From: a virus
Lineage: Duplodnaviria; Heunggongvirae; Uroviricota; Caudoviricetes
Length of the DNA: 64,000 nucleotides
Strand: one strand, 5' to 3'
IMG/VR virus record: IMGVR_UViG_3300042905_002309
Location: 1-64,000 of that record
Shown here: piece by piece, positions 40,160 to 47,004 of the stretch
Layout of the letters: the number at the start of each line of letters is the position of its first letter
Numbering within the stretch: position 1 is the stretch's first letter
The notes under the pieces: model-generated
The model's input: only the letters and a program-made list of their open reading frames with translations
Databases searched by the model: none
What the model was told of the DNA's origin: nothing
Made by a program: the position numbers and the translations under genes

Positions 40160-41045
40160 ATAAAAGTTTCTTTATCTGTTCAAAATATTTTAAACCATAC
40201 TGTTCATTAAAATTACCATCTTTAGATACATCAATGGTTATTAATTGTATATTGTTTTTAAGACATAATTCAGATTTAATTTTGTCTTTTTTTATATTAT
40301 TAATTAATCGCTTCTCACCATATATTGGTTTATAATGGATGATGCCGTTAAATTCAATTCCTAATTTATAATCAGGAAAATATAAATCTAGTTCATATGG
40401 ATTTATTATTTTTCTACTATTAAAAAGACATTTGGGTTTTAATGTTGTTAATATTTTATCTTTCAAATATTTCTCTAATTTAGATGTTGACGCATGTTTT
40501 ATATGATGTTGTAAATTATATTTATTTCTGCATGTCATATTACAAAATTGATTTGTTGTTTCCTTTTTGTAAGATTTACGTGTAAATTCTTTATTACAAT
40601 AAGTACAAATTAGTTGTTTTTCGTATACTTTAGTTCGATATTTAGTTCGATATTTACTTGCACACGATTTACTACAACATATTGCATCCTTTTCTCCACT
40701 ATGAAATGATATTTTACATTGTGGACATATTTTATTTGGTAGTTTATTTGCATTAAATTTACCAGAACACGTATGATTACAAAAATGATTATTAGATTTA
40801 ATAAAATCTTTATAAATTAATATTATATCGCAGCCACATTGTTTACATTTAGTGGATATACGATTTTGTTTAAACTTTGCTCTACATGTATTTGAGCAAC
40901 AGTCTAATTTTCTCCCACCAGACAAACAAGATAACACTTCATTTTTTGGTTTATAATAAATGTTATTACATTGTTTACATTTAAGTGGTATAGGATCACG
41001 ACTCTTATAATTTTTTAATTCTTCTATTGTTATTTGTATGTTCAT
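40134..41045 (-). CDS. Zinc-finger-repeat, Vsr/PD-(D/E)XK-like putative homing endonuclease
   Basis: Repeated CxxC...FC/CCxxxC units; ELDLYFPDYKLGIEFNG..HY; CTAAATA promoter; stop codon lies inside tRNA-Gly. Confidence 0.75.
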   Translation of the reverse strand: MNIQITIEELKNYKSRDPIPLKCKQCNNIYYKPKNEVLSCLSGGRKLDCCSNTCRAKFKQNRISTKCKQCGCDIILIYKDFIKSNNHFCNHTCSGKFNANKLPNKICPQCKISFHSGEKDAICCSKSCASKYRTKYRTKVYEKQLICTYCNKEFTRKSYKKETTNQFCNMTCRNKYNLQHHIKHASTSKLEKYLKDKILTTLKPKCLFNSRKIINPYELDLYFPDYKLGIEFNGIIHYKPIYGEKRLINNIKKDKIKSELCLKNNIQLITIDVSKDGNFNEQYGLKYFEQIKKLLCGISVMVT

Positions 41046-41062
41046 ATAACTATTTAGTGAAA

Positions 41063-41141
41063 TGGAGCATCAGGCGGGTAACTCTCCCGCTTATATTATC
41101 CACATTGGAAGTGTGGTGCCTCAATTTTAGGCTACTGATGC
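41063..41141 (-). tRNA. tRNA-Gly(TCC), atypical D/T loops
   Basis: CCACA-CTTCCAA-TGTGG; T-loop AGAGTTA; CCA. Confidence 0.75.
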
Positions 41142-41147
41142 ATGAAT

Positions 41148-41224
41148 TGGAGCAGTAAGTCAGACTTCCACTGACTAAATGTGAGGTTGCAACTCACCGC
41201 TTCGTGTGTTTTAGCTTTTACTGC
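41148..41224 (-). tRNA. tRNA-Cys(GCA), atypical D/T loops
   Basis: GTGAG-TTGCAAC-CTCAC; T-loop TGGAAGT; TCCA. Confidence 0.75.
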
Positions 41225-41231
41225 ATAAATA

Positions 41232-41306
41232 TGGCGAGTCAAATCGGCTATGCTCCGATATCAAAAGCGCAATAAGCTTCCGTTTTAATGTTTAAACTAT
41301 TGACTC
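41232..41306 (-). tRNA. tRNA with ATT anticodon (Asn), atypical
   Basis: GAAGC-TTATTGC-GCTTT; G73 CCA; T-loop AGCATAG. Confidence 0.6.
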
Positions 41307-41312
41307 ATAAAA

Positions 41313-41398
41313 TGGCGGGGATGACGGGACTTAAACCCGCATTGCTTTTCAGCGTCACCGTGACAGGGTGATATGTCTATCAATTCCACCACATCCCC
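41313..41398 (-). tRNA. tRNA-Asp(GTC) with long variable arm
   Basis: TCACC-CTGTCAC-GGTGA; extra GC-TGAAAA-GC arm; GCCA. Confidence 0.85.
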
Positions 41399-41404
41399 AA
41401 AAAA

Positions 41405-41480
41405 TGGTACTCGATCACAGAATCGAACTGTGATTTTCTGCATGTAAAACAGAAGTACTAGGCCGTTGTACGAATCGAGC
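41405..41480 (-). tRNA. tRNA-Val(TAC)
   Basis: Cloverleaf, TCTGT-TTTACAT-GCAGA, ACCA. Confidence 0.9.
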
Positions 41481-41486
41481 ATTAAA

Positions 41487-41794
41487 TGGTCGAGAAAAGA
41501 CTCCGCTTTAAGAGGATTTCACTATTGTTCTGTTGGTTCTCCCTTCACTCACGGTGATGGAGCCAACATCTATCTCTCTTCTTAGTCTACCTGCACCTGA
41601 ACTGGTGCTGTTCCTTTAGCCAACTGGATTTCACTGTTGTTCTCTACGTGGAGCCATATATCCCGCTATAGTCGGGGTATGGACATGTATATGATCTATC
41701 AGTTGTGTTAACTATTTTCATGCAATTCTCTAGGGTTTAATCATTATGGAGAACTGCACTAAAATACGTTCAAAGCTAATTAAACTATCTCTCG
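41487..41794 (-). ncRNA. 308-nt structured RNA with tRNA-like acceptor stem, D-arm and CCA end
   Basis: CGAGAGA/TTTCTCG-ACCA; TA-GTTT..GAAC D-arm; long internal hairpins; two copies of an ATAGA/GAACA..GTGAAATC module. Confidence 0.6.
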
Positions 41795-41798
41795 AAAT

Positions 41799-41946
41799 TG
41801 GTAACGGATCAAATAATGGTCGTAAATTTCAGGCTTGTTATGATCGTGGTATAGCACTTTGTATTATTGATTCATCTAAACAAAAGTATGTAAAGGAATC
41901 TAATAGTATCAAATTTCTTGATATCATAACTAACATAATAAACGAA
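41799..41946 (+). pseudogene. C-terminal remnant of a 40134-like endonuclease joined to a tRNA 3'-end stub
   Basis: RKFQACYDRGIALCIIDSSKQKY..IKFLDII resembles IKSELCLKNNIQLITIDVSKDGN..LKYFEQI. Confidence 0.5.
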
Positions 41947-42022
41947 AGTAGCGGGTCAATGAGTCGAACATTGAATGTATAGGTTATGAGCCTCACCAGA
42001 AAACCCTTTCTAGCTACCCGCA
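41947..42022 (-). tRNA. tRNA-Met(CAT), initiator-like, degenerate, no encoded CCA
   Basis: GCGGGT/ACCCGC with 1:72 mismatch; AGG-CTCATAA-CCT. Confidence 0.65.
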
Positions 42023-42033
42023 AATTCTAAAAT

Positions 42034-42108
42034 TGGTGCCGATAGAGGGAATCGAACCCACGCAAATCTGCTTATGAAACAGACACTCAGCCATTGAGTG
42101 ATATCGGC
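42034..42108 (-). tRNA. tRNA with CAT anticodon (elongator Met or Ile2)
   Basis: TCTGT-TTCATAA-GCAGA; CCA. Confidence 0.85.
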
Positions 42109-42114
42109 GTAAAA

Positions 42115-42199
42115 TAATACCAAGTGTCCTGAACCTCTAGACGACTGATGAACTTTCATTCACCAAGATGGATTCGAACCATCGTTTCTCAGTTGATTA
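42115..42199 (-). ncRNA. Circularly permuted tRNA-like RNA (T-arm, closed acceptor stem, D-arm)
   Basis: GATGG-TTCGAAT-CCATC precedes TTGGTGA-loop-TCATCAG, then GTCTAGAGGTTCAGGAC. Confidence 0.7.
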
Positions 42200-42273
42200 A
42201 ACGCAAGTGGTCTACTATTAACCTACAATAGTTTGATCTATCGTTGGAAGTTGCATCCAAACTACTTGCTAAA

Positions 42274-42347
42274 TGGTGGGAACAGAGAATTTCGAAATCT
42301 CATTGCTAGGGTTTCACTCTAGAGTACTGCCTTTGTACGACATTCCC
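42274..42347 (-). tRNA. tRNA-Phe(GAA)
   Basis: Cloverleaf, CTAGA-GTGAAAC-CCTAG, ACCA. Confidence 0.8.
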
Positions 42348-42548
42348 AAAAATCTATAGGTATCGTGTCCTAAAACGCTTACATTTACATGACTTTAAGT
42401 GTCATAATCAACTATCGCTGAAAATCTTCGAAATTCCGCTATAGTTGATTTGGAAATTGGTGTAGTCTCTCCTTACTGCCACTATTGACATGATCAGTGT
42501 ACGGCTGGATGTCATTTCGGGTTAGTTACCGTATCCATTTCTGGAAAT

Positions 42549-42624
42549 TGGTGGAGCAGATGGGAGTTGAACCCACATTATGCCACATTGCAGGTGTGGT
42601 GCATGGCCTTTATGCTACTGCCCC
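42549..42624 (-). tRNA. tRNA-Ala(TGC)
   Basis: G3:U70 pair; CCACA-CCTGCAA-TGTGG. Confidence 0.9.
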
Positions 42625-42635
42625 ATAAAATATGT

Positions 42636-42700
42636 GCTGGATTTCACGAATGTTCCACCTACCACTCCACTGATCAGGTGGTTGTAAGGTGTCTATCAGC
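42636..42700 (-). ncRNA. Stand-alone copy of the ATAGA/GAACA..GTGAAATC RNA module
   Basis: GCTG-ATAGA-CACC...GGTG-GAACATTCGTGAAATC-CAGC. Confidence 0.55.
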
Positions 42701-42702
42701 GT

Positions 42703-42761
42703 AACAGACTAGTATGTTTTTTTCTTAATAATAGAATTTTTTTGTTTGCTGGAACTAGTCT
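42703..42761 (-). ncRNA. CAGCAAA-loop RNA family, copy a (minimal)
   Basis: AGACTAGT/ACTAGTCT stem, CAGCAAACAA after 5' strand, GTT tail. Confidence 0.55.
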
Positions 42762-42767
42762 AAATTG

Positions 42768-43067
42768 TTAAATGTCCGAAGCTTCTCTTGTGCGTCTATA
42801 ATCTTGGCTTCTTACATTGTTTTCTTCACTGGTTTGAAAATGGCTCGATACTGTTTCAACCTTCCATCCATTATCATCACCAATTCTTAAATACTTTCCT
42901 AAGATTGCATACTTTGCAGGTATGTAAGCTACTTGTGTAGCATTTTTCTTAGAGAGTGTGCATTGTTTGTAATCATTCTTCATGATTTGTCTTCTGATTG
43001 TTGTAGTGTCACTATCTTCATAGGGACTTCTTAAAACATTGTCAGGTGTACTTGGATAAACTTTCAT
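42768..43067 (-). CDS. Hypothetical protein inside tRNA array 1
   Basis: 99-aa ORF with purine-rich upstream sequence. Confidence 0.55.
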   Translation of the reverse strand: MKVYPSTPDNVLRSPYEDSDTTTIRRQIMKNDYKQCTLSKKNATQVAYIPAKYAILGKYLRIGDDNGWKVETVSSHFQTSEENNVRSQDYRRTREASDI

Positions 43068-43093
43068 AATTACTTTCTTTCTTTGTTAAAAAA

Positions 43094-43168
43094 TGGCACC
43101 CGATAGGGGTTTCGATCCCCTTTCTAGAGTTTGAAGGACTCCTATCCTAGCCAGTAGACGAATCGGGT
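43094..43168 (-). tRNA. tRNA-Glu(TTC)
   Basis: GGAGT-CCTTCAA-ACTCT; GCCA. Confidence 0.85.
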
Positions 43169-43177
43169 GTGTTAAAA

Positions 43178-43252
43178 TGGCACCTCATGAGGGTATCGAT
43201 CCCTCTCCTACAGATTGAGAATCTATCGACCTAGCCACTAGTCCAATGAGGT
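43178..43252 (-). tRNA. tRNA-Glu(CTC)
   Basis: ATAGA-TTCTCAA-TCTGT; GCCA. Confidence 0.85.
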
Positions 43253-43259
43253 ATTAAAG

Positions 43260-43348
43260 TGGTGCATCTGACAAGAGTTGAACTTGTATTTGCCTAACGG
43301 CCTTTTGGGTTCGTAGCCCAACGTGCTAATCCATTACACTACAGATGC
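43260..43348 (-). tRNA. tRNA-Arg(ACG) with long variable arm
   Basis: TTGGG-CTACGAA-CCCAA; extra GCC-GTTA-GGC arm. Confidence 0.85.
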
Positions 43349-43355
43349 ATAAAAA

Positions 43356-43431
43356 TGGTGCAGACACTAGGATTTTAACCTAGAACAAGAGGATAGGAAC
43401 CTCACATGATGTACACTTTCACCATGTCTGC
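43356..43431 (-). tRNA. tRNA-Arg(CCT)
   Basis: GAGG-TTCCTAT-CCTC; CCA. Confidence 0.85.
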
Positions 43432-43437
43432 ATGAAA

Positions 43438-43513
43438 TGGCGCAGATACCAAGATTCGAACTTGGAATTAAAGGGTAGAAACCTATCGTGATAGTCCGTT
43501 TCACTATACCTGC
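43438..43513 (-). tRNA. tRNA-Arg(TCT)
   Basis: AGG-TTTCTAC-CCT; GCCA. Confidence 0.85.
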
Positions 43514-43521
43514 ATTAAAAT

Positions 43522-43597
43522 TGGAGCCAACAGTGACAATCGAAGTCACAGCCTTCACATTACCAATGTGATGTTCCGCCACTTGAACTATGTTGGC
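43522..43597 (-). tRNA. tRNA-Thr(GGT)
   Basis: TCACA-TTGGTAA-TGTGA; TCCA. Confidence 0.9.
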
Positions 43598-43602
43598 AAA
43601 AA

Positions 43603-43679
43603 TGGTCGGTCTGGTGGAAGTCGAATCCACATTATACTGGTTAAGAGCCAGTTCTATATGCCTTTCTAGTCACAGACCG
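43603..43679 (-). tRNA. tRNA-Lys(CTT)
   Basis: ACTGG-CTCTTAA-CCAGT; ACCA. Confidence 0.85.
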
Positions 43680-43684
43680 ATAAA

Positions 43685-43759
43685 TGGTGCTCCTATTGGG
43701 TATCGAACCCACTTCCCAAGGGTAAAAGCCTCGTGTTAATCCACTACAACTCTAGGAGC
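43685..43759 (-). tRNA. tRNA-Lys(TTT)
   Basis: CGAGG-CTTTTAC-CCTTG; ACCA. Confidence 0.85.
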
Positions 43760-43769
43760 GTAAAAAAAT

Positions 43770-43849
43770 TGGTGCGCCGAGTGAGAATTGAACTCACCTC
43801 GATCAATGTATAAGATTGAGCTAAATGCTACCAGCTTAGTTTTCGGCGC
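43770..43849 (-). tRNA. tRNA-Ile(TAT)
   Basis: TCAAT-CTTATAC-ATTGA; ACCA. Confidence 0.8.
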
Positions 43850-43853
43850 AAAA

Positions 43854-43931
43854 TGGTCAGCTAGGTCAGACTTGAACTGACAATATTCCTGTATCCAAAA
43901 CAGGTCGCCTACCAATTGGCATCACTAGCTG
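43854..43931 (-). tRNA. tRNA-Pro(TGG)
   Basis: C1:G72; CCTGT-TTTGGAT-ACAGG. Confidence 0.85.
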
Positions 43932-43941
43932 ATTAAAATTA

Positions 43942-44046
43942 TTTGTGGTCTATCCCCACCGTCAAATCAATGCTGGTTCACTTTAATCCTGTTGACCAGT
44001 AAATTCACCTATCACATCAGGGTTCGTAGGTGAAGATGTATTGATT
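43942..44046 (-). ncRNA. Three-way-junction RNA with possible kissing loops and conserved 3' hairpin
   Basis: AATCAAT/ATTGATT, TTCACCTA/TAGGTGAA, CTGGT/ACCAG; loops contain CCTG and CAGG. Confidence 0.5.
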
Positions 44047-44050
44047 AAAT

Positions 44051-44127
44051 TGGTCGGAGTAACAGGGATCGAACCTGCATGACTTATGGGCCCAGGCCAT
44101 ACGCTTCGCCAATTAAGCTATACTCCG
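44051..44127 (-). tRNA. tRNA-Pro (loop CCTGGGC; TGG, possibly GGG register)
   Basis: CGGAGTA/TACTCCG-ACCA; TATGG/CCATA stem. Confidence 0.85.
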
Positions 44128-44133
44128 ATAAAA

Positions 44134-44210
44134 TGGTCGGCTATGGTGGTAACGATCCACCCTTCTCTGTGTATCAGACAGAAGTAATCAAACCTATATA
44201 CTAATAGCCG
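44134..44210 (-). tRNA. tRNA-Ile(GAT)
   Basis: TCTGT-CTGATAC-ACAGA; ACCA. Confidence 0.85.
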
Positions 44211-44216
44211 ATAAAA

Positions 44217-44309
44217 TGGTGGCAATAGTAGGAATCGAACCTACCGTGTTTACCCGAAGGGAACAGATTTACAGTCTGCTACGACACAACCAATAGTCGT
44301 CTTACTGCC
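44217..44309 (-). tRNA. tRNA-Tyr(GTA)
   Basis: GCAGA-CTGTAAA-TCTGT; long variable arm; ACCA. Confidence 0.9.
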
Positions 44310-44537
44310 ATAAAAGGTTTTACTATGAATTCCTAGAAGTTTCCTTCATTAAAAAAGTCATTGGGATTAGAACGCTTCCAATCAGCGGTTGAATTCTCGA
44401 CTCTAACTGTGATTCAACAGACCTTATCTATTGAATAACATTCAACTTCTCACCGAATGAGGTTGAACTTAATCAACCCCTCTTCTACGAGATTTACTAA
44501 GGTTCCCCAACGCATCAGGGAATCCTTTAAACAATCT

Positions 44538-44595
44538 ATATTCAGTTTTCAAATATCTTCACAACATCTTTTAGCGTTGTAGGCACTTTCGCACC
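44538..44595 (-). promoter_or_regulatory. boxB-like GAAA hairpin and boxA-like element in leader of array 1
   Basis: GGTGC-GAAA-GTGCC, then TTTGAAAACTGAATAT identical to 54541-54556. Confidence 0.6.
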
Positions 44596-44677
44596 ATTTA
44601 TTAACAGCCCCATCGTCGCTGTTAACCTTGGATACCGTTCTTGTATCCTAACCGTTATAATATCAAGTCTATAAACG

Positions 44678-44704
44678 AAAAAACCCACCGTTTTACTGGT
44701 GGGT
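44678..44704 (-). terminator. Conditional (attenuator) terminator of array 1
   Basis: ACCCACC-AGTAAAAC-GGTGGGT-TTTTT; 5' strand can alternatively pair with GTGGGTGT at the end of the leader ORF. Confidence 0.8.
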
Positions 44705-44725
44705 GTGTGATCCTAATGATCCTAT

Positions 44726-44830
44726 TTAACACCCACTACAACCTGCATCAAAGCGTTCTATCGCCTTGGGCATCGGTTTCACAGTTCCTCTATAAATTTC
44801 ACAAACTCTATTCATAACTTCTCTCTTCAT
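44726..44830 (-). CDS. Attenuator leader peptide of tRNA array 1 (MKREVMNRVCEIYRGTVKPMPKAIERFDAGCSGC)
   Basis: 34-codon ORF directly after TATAAATA; ends on the antiterminator strand; codons correspond to array-1 anticodons. Confidence 0.75.
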   Translation of the reverse strand: MKREVMNRVCEIYRGTVKPMPKAIERFDAGCSGC

Positions 44831-44869
44831 TAACTATTTATAACAATCATATCACTTTTCTACAGAAAA

Positions 44870-45004
44870 TCAAGAAATATTTTCAACTTTCTTTTTACAT
44901 ACGGAATTCACTGCATATCTTATACAATTTCCGCACACTCTTCTGCCCTTGTTCCTTAGTAATTTTCTCTTACATCTAGAACAATGTACGTATCTCGTCT
45001 TCAT
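44870..45004 (-). CDS. Small basic zinc-finger protein (44 aa)
   Basis: Manual translation MKTRYVHCSRCKRKLLRNKGRRVCGNCIRYAVNSVCKKKVENIS; TTGACT promoter upstream. Confidence 0.45.
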   Translation of the reverse strand: MKTRYVHCSRCKRKLLRNKGRRVCGNCIRYAVNSVCKKKVENIS

Positions 45005-45058
45005 TGTTAATAACTTATCATGACACTCACTGGAAGTCAATAGGTATTTTGAAAATTG

Positions 45059-45496
45059 TTAAATAGATTTCTTTCGTTTGGGTGTTTTAGGTTCTTGTAC
45101 GGGTTTTTTATAATATACACCATGTATCATGATTAATCTATTTCGTATTGGACTTTTAGGATCGTTTGCCCATTTAAATAAATCTTCGATGCTGTATTTG
45201 TCGATAGGATATCCTTTTGAACACCAAGCATACAATGGTTCAATGATATCCAATGCTGTACCATCTTCATGAACTCTTTTAATCTCACCATTATGTATTC
45301 TTTCGACAACTTTTACACAATTTTCAAAAAACGCTAAATGTATGTCATAATAATCATCTACATGTTCTGGATCAAATAAACCCCGTTCTCCTGTAGCATT
45401 CCTTTTACTTGGTGGATTCTTTTTAAGATAATCTACAATATATTTCAAAGTATGTAAAACTGTTGTATACATCGTTGTTTCTTCTAATGTATTCAT
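45059..45496 (-). CDS. Hypothetical protein
   Basis: GGAG RBS, 4-nt overlap with upstream gene. Confidence 0.6.
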   Translation of the reverse strand: MNTLEETTMYTTVLHTLKYIVDYLKKNPPSKRNATGERGLFDPEHVDDYYDIHLAFFENCVKVVERIHNGEIKRVHEDGTALDIIEPLYAWCSKGYPIDKYSIEDLFKWANDPKSPIRNRLIMIHGVYYKKPVQEPKTPKRKKSI

Positions 45497-45909
45497 ATAT
45501 TACTCCCTACATTCGTCTTTAGTTGTCCTGTATACGCAGGATCAAGCTTGTGACGTTGGGCTGTCTCTCGTTCTACAGCTTTATCATGTGCATCATTGTA
45601 ATCCATCTTTGGATCAGCCTTCATTAATGATCTTTCATATACTTCGTGTTGAAAATTAAACCACATTTCCTTACGATCTTCCATCTCTTCTACCCAAATC
45701 TCGTCTTTAGGTACGTAGTCATAAACATATCCGTGTCCCCCTTCGACAAAATCAACATTAATATTTGAACGAACAAAATCACCATTTACAATGTATACGT
45801 TTACACCTTTAGCAATCTTGCTGTAGTTTGGCGAAAAGTGTTTCCAAGCTTGTTTTCCCGCTACCTTGGCATAATCTTTGAAATTCTTGAATGTGTGTTT
45901 AGTTTCCAT
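45493..45909 (-). CDS. Hypothetical protein
   Basis: DFVEGGHGYVY..EIWVE..HE..E...AH motif; operon-packed. Confidence 0.6.
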   Translation of the reverse strand: METKHTFKNFKDYAKVAGKQAWKHFSPNYSKIAKGVNVYIVNGDFVRSNINVDFVEGGHGYVYDYVPKDEIWVEEMEDRKEMWFNFQHEVYERSLMKADPKMDYNDAHDKAVERETAQRHKLDPAYTGQLKTNVGSNI

Positions 45910-46996
45910 TTGGCTCCGGTGTCTTTTGTTTTAAAATATCAGCAGTAAGGCTTCTTACAAGAGATTTAATTCTATTGATATCATCTGATGCATCTACATT
46001 GACAAACGCTGTATAAATTTTACTCAATATCTTTCGATATAATGGCTCATTCTTCTTGAAATTATCAAGATACTTATACATCCACTCCAATGTACCACGT
46101 TGTTTGCTATTATGGTATAAGAATCTATCACGATTAACAACCTGACTATAAAAGTCTTTCTTTGTCATATCTGAATGATAGGTGTAATACATATATTGTA
46201 ATCTACGAATAAAACTAACTAAATTTGTGTAATATTCGATTGGTCGCTTAACATGTTCAACTCTTCGTGTACCTTCTGTCTCTTGTGCGATTAATTTTGG
46301 TTTTCTTCCTAATGATGGTATTTTCATTAGGACTTTAGAAATAGCTTCTTCGGCTGATTTAGCAGATATTACGATAAGTTTGTTATTATATGCAAATGAT
46401 TGTCCATCCTTTTGCATTTCTGGTGTAGTTATTGTCCATTTCTTCAATTTATCAATCTTATAACCACGCATAGTGACATCAGTAGGTAACATCTTTCTTG
46501 ATGGAGTACCACCAATATGCTTTTCATACTCTTTAATTGACATATCTGGTAATAAACCCTTTTTAATCTTATAAGTCACTATCAAATACTGAATATAATG
46601 TAATAATTCATGTTCAGTTACATGTAATAGAAGTTCTGTTAAATTACTGTTTAAACTGATAGTAATATAACCTACACCATCTTTGATATTCTTTCCAAGG
46701 TCTTTATTTTCAGGATTAGTTTTAGTGAAAAAACTATCTTCATATTTATTGTTATTAATTAAGATGATATGAGGGTTTATTTCGTTCAAAAAAGCCCAAT
46801 TAGTGCCACTGAAATCAATAGCAAAATCTTTATTAGGAAAGGATTTACCTGAAAGCCGTTTAATACCTTCCCCTCGCACTTTCTTATAAGAGGCTATGAT
46901 TTGATCTTCAATATCCTTAAAAACATGCTTTGCGAGTGATATTGTCTCTAGTAGTATAGTCTCATCTAGTTTTGTAAAAATATTAAACTTAATCAT
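45899..46996 (-). CDS. Hypothetical late protein with HExxH motif
   Basis: EHELLHY; start reassigned to MIKFNIF after ATAAATA. Confidence 0.6.
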   Translation of the reverse strand: MIKFNIFTKLDETILLETISLAKHVFKDIEDQIIASYKKVRGEGIKRLSGKSFPNKDFAIDFSGTNWAFLNEINPHIILINNNKYEDSFFTKTNPENKDLGKNIKDGVGYITISLNSNLTELLLHVTEHELLHYIQYLIVTYKIKKGLLPDMSIKEYEKHIGGTPSRKMLPTDVTMRGYKIDKLKKWTITTPEMQKDGQSFAYNNKLIVISAKSAEEAISKVLMKIPSLGRKPKLIAQETEGTRRVEHVKRPIEYYTNLVSFIRRLQYMYYTYHSDMTKKDFYSQVVNRDRFLYHNSKQRGTLEWMYKYLDNFKKNEPLYRKILSKIYTAFVNVDASDDINRIKSLVRSLTADILKQKTPEPNGN

Positions 46997-47004
46997 GTAA
47001 CTAT

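Noticed and set aside
41487-41794. tmRNA, RNase P RNA or group I intron-containing tRNA
   Set aside because: No G3:U70 Ala acceptor or canonical T-arm, no GAGGAAAGUCC-type RNase P motif, and no convincing ordered P7 elements by eye; kept as unknown RNA.
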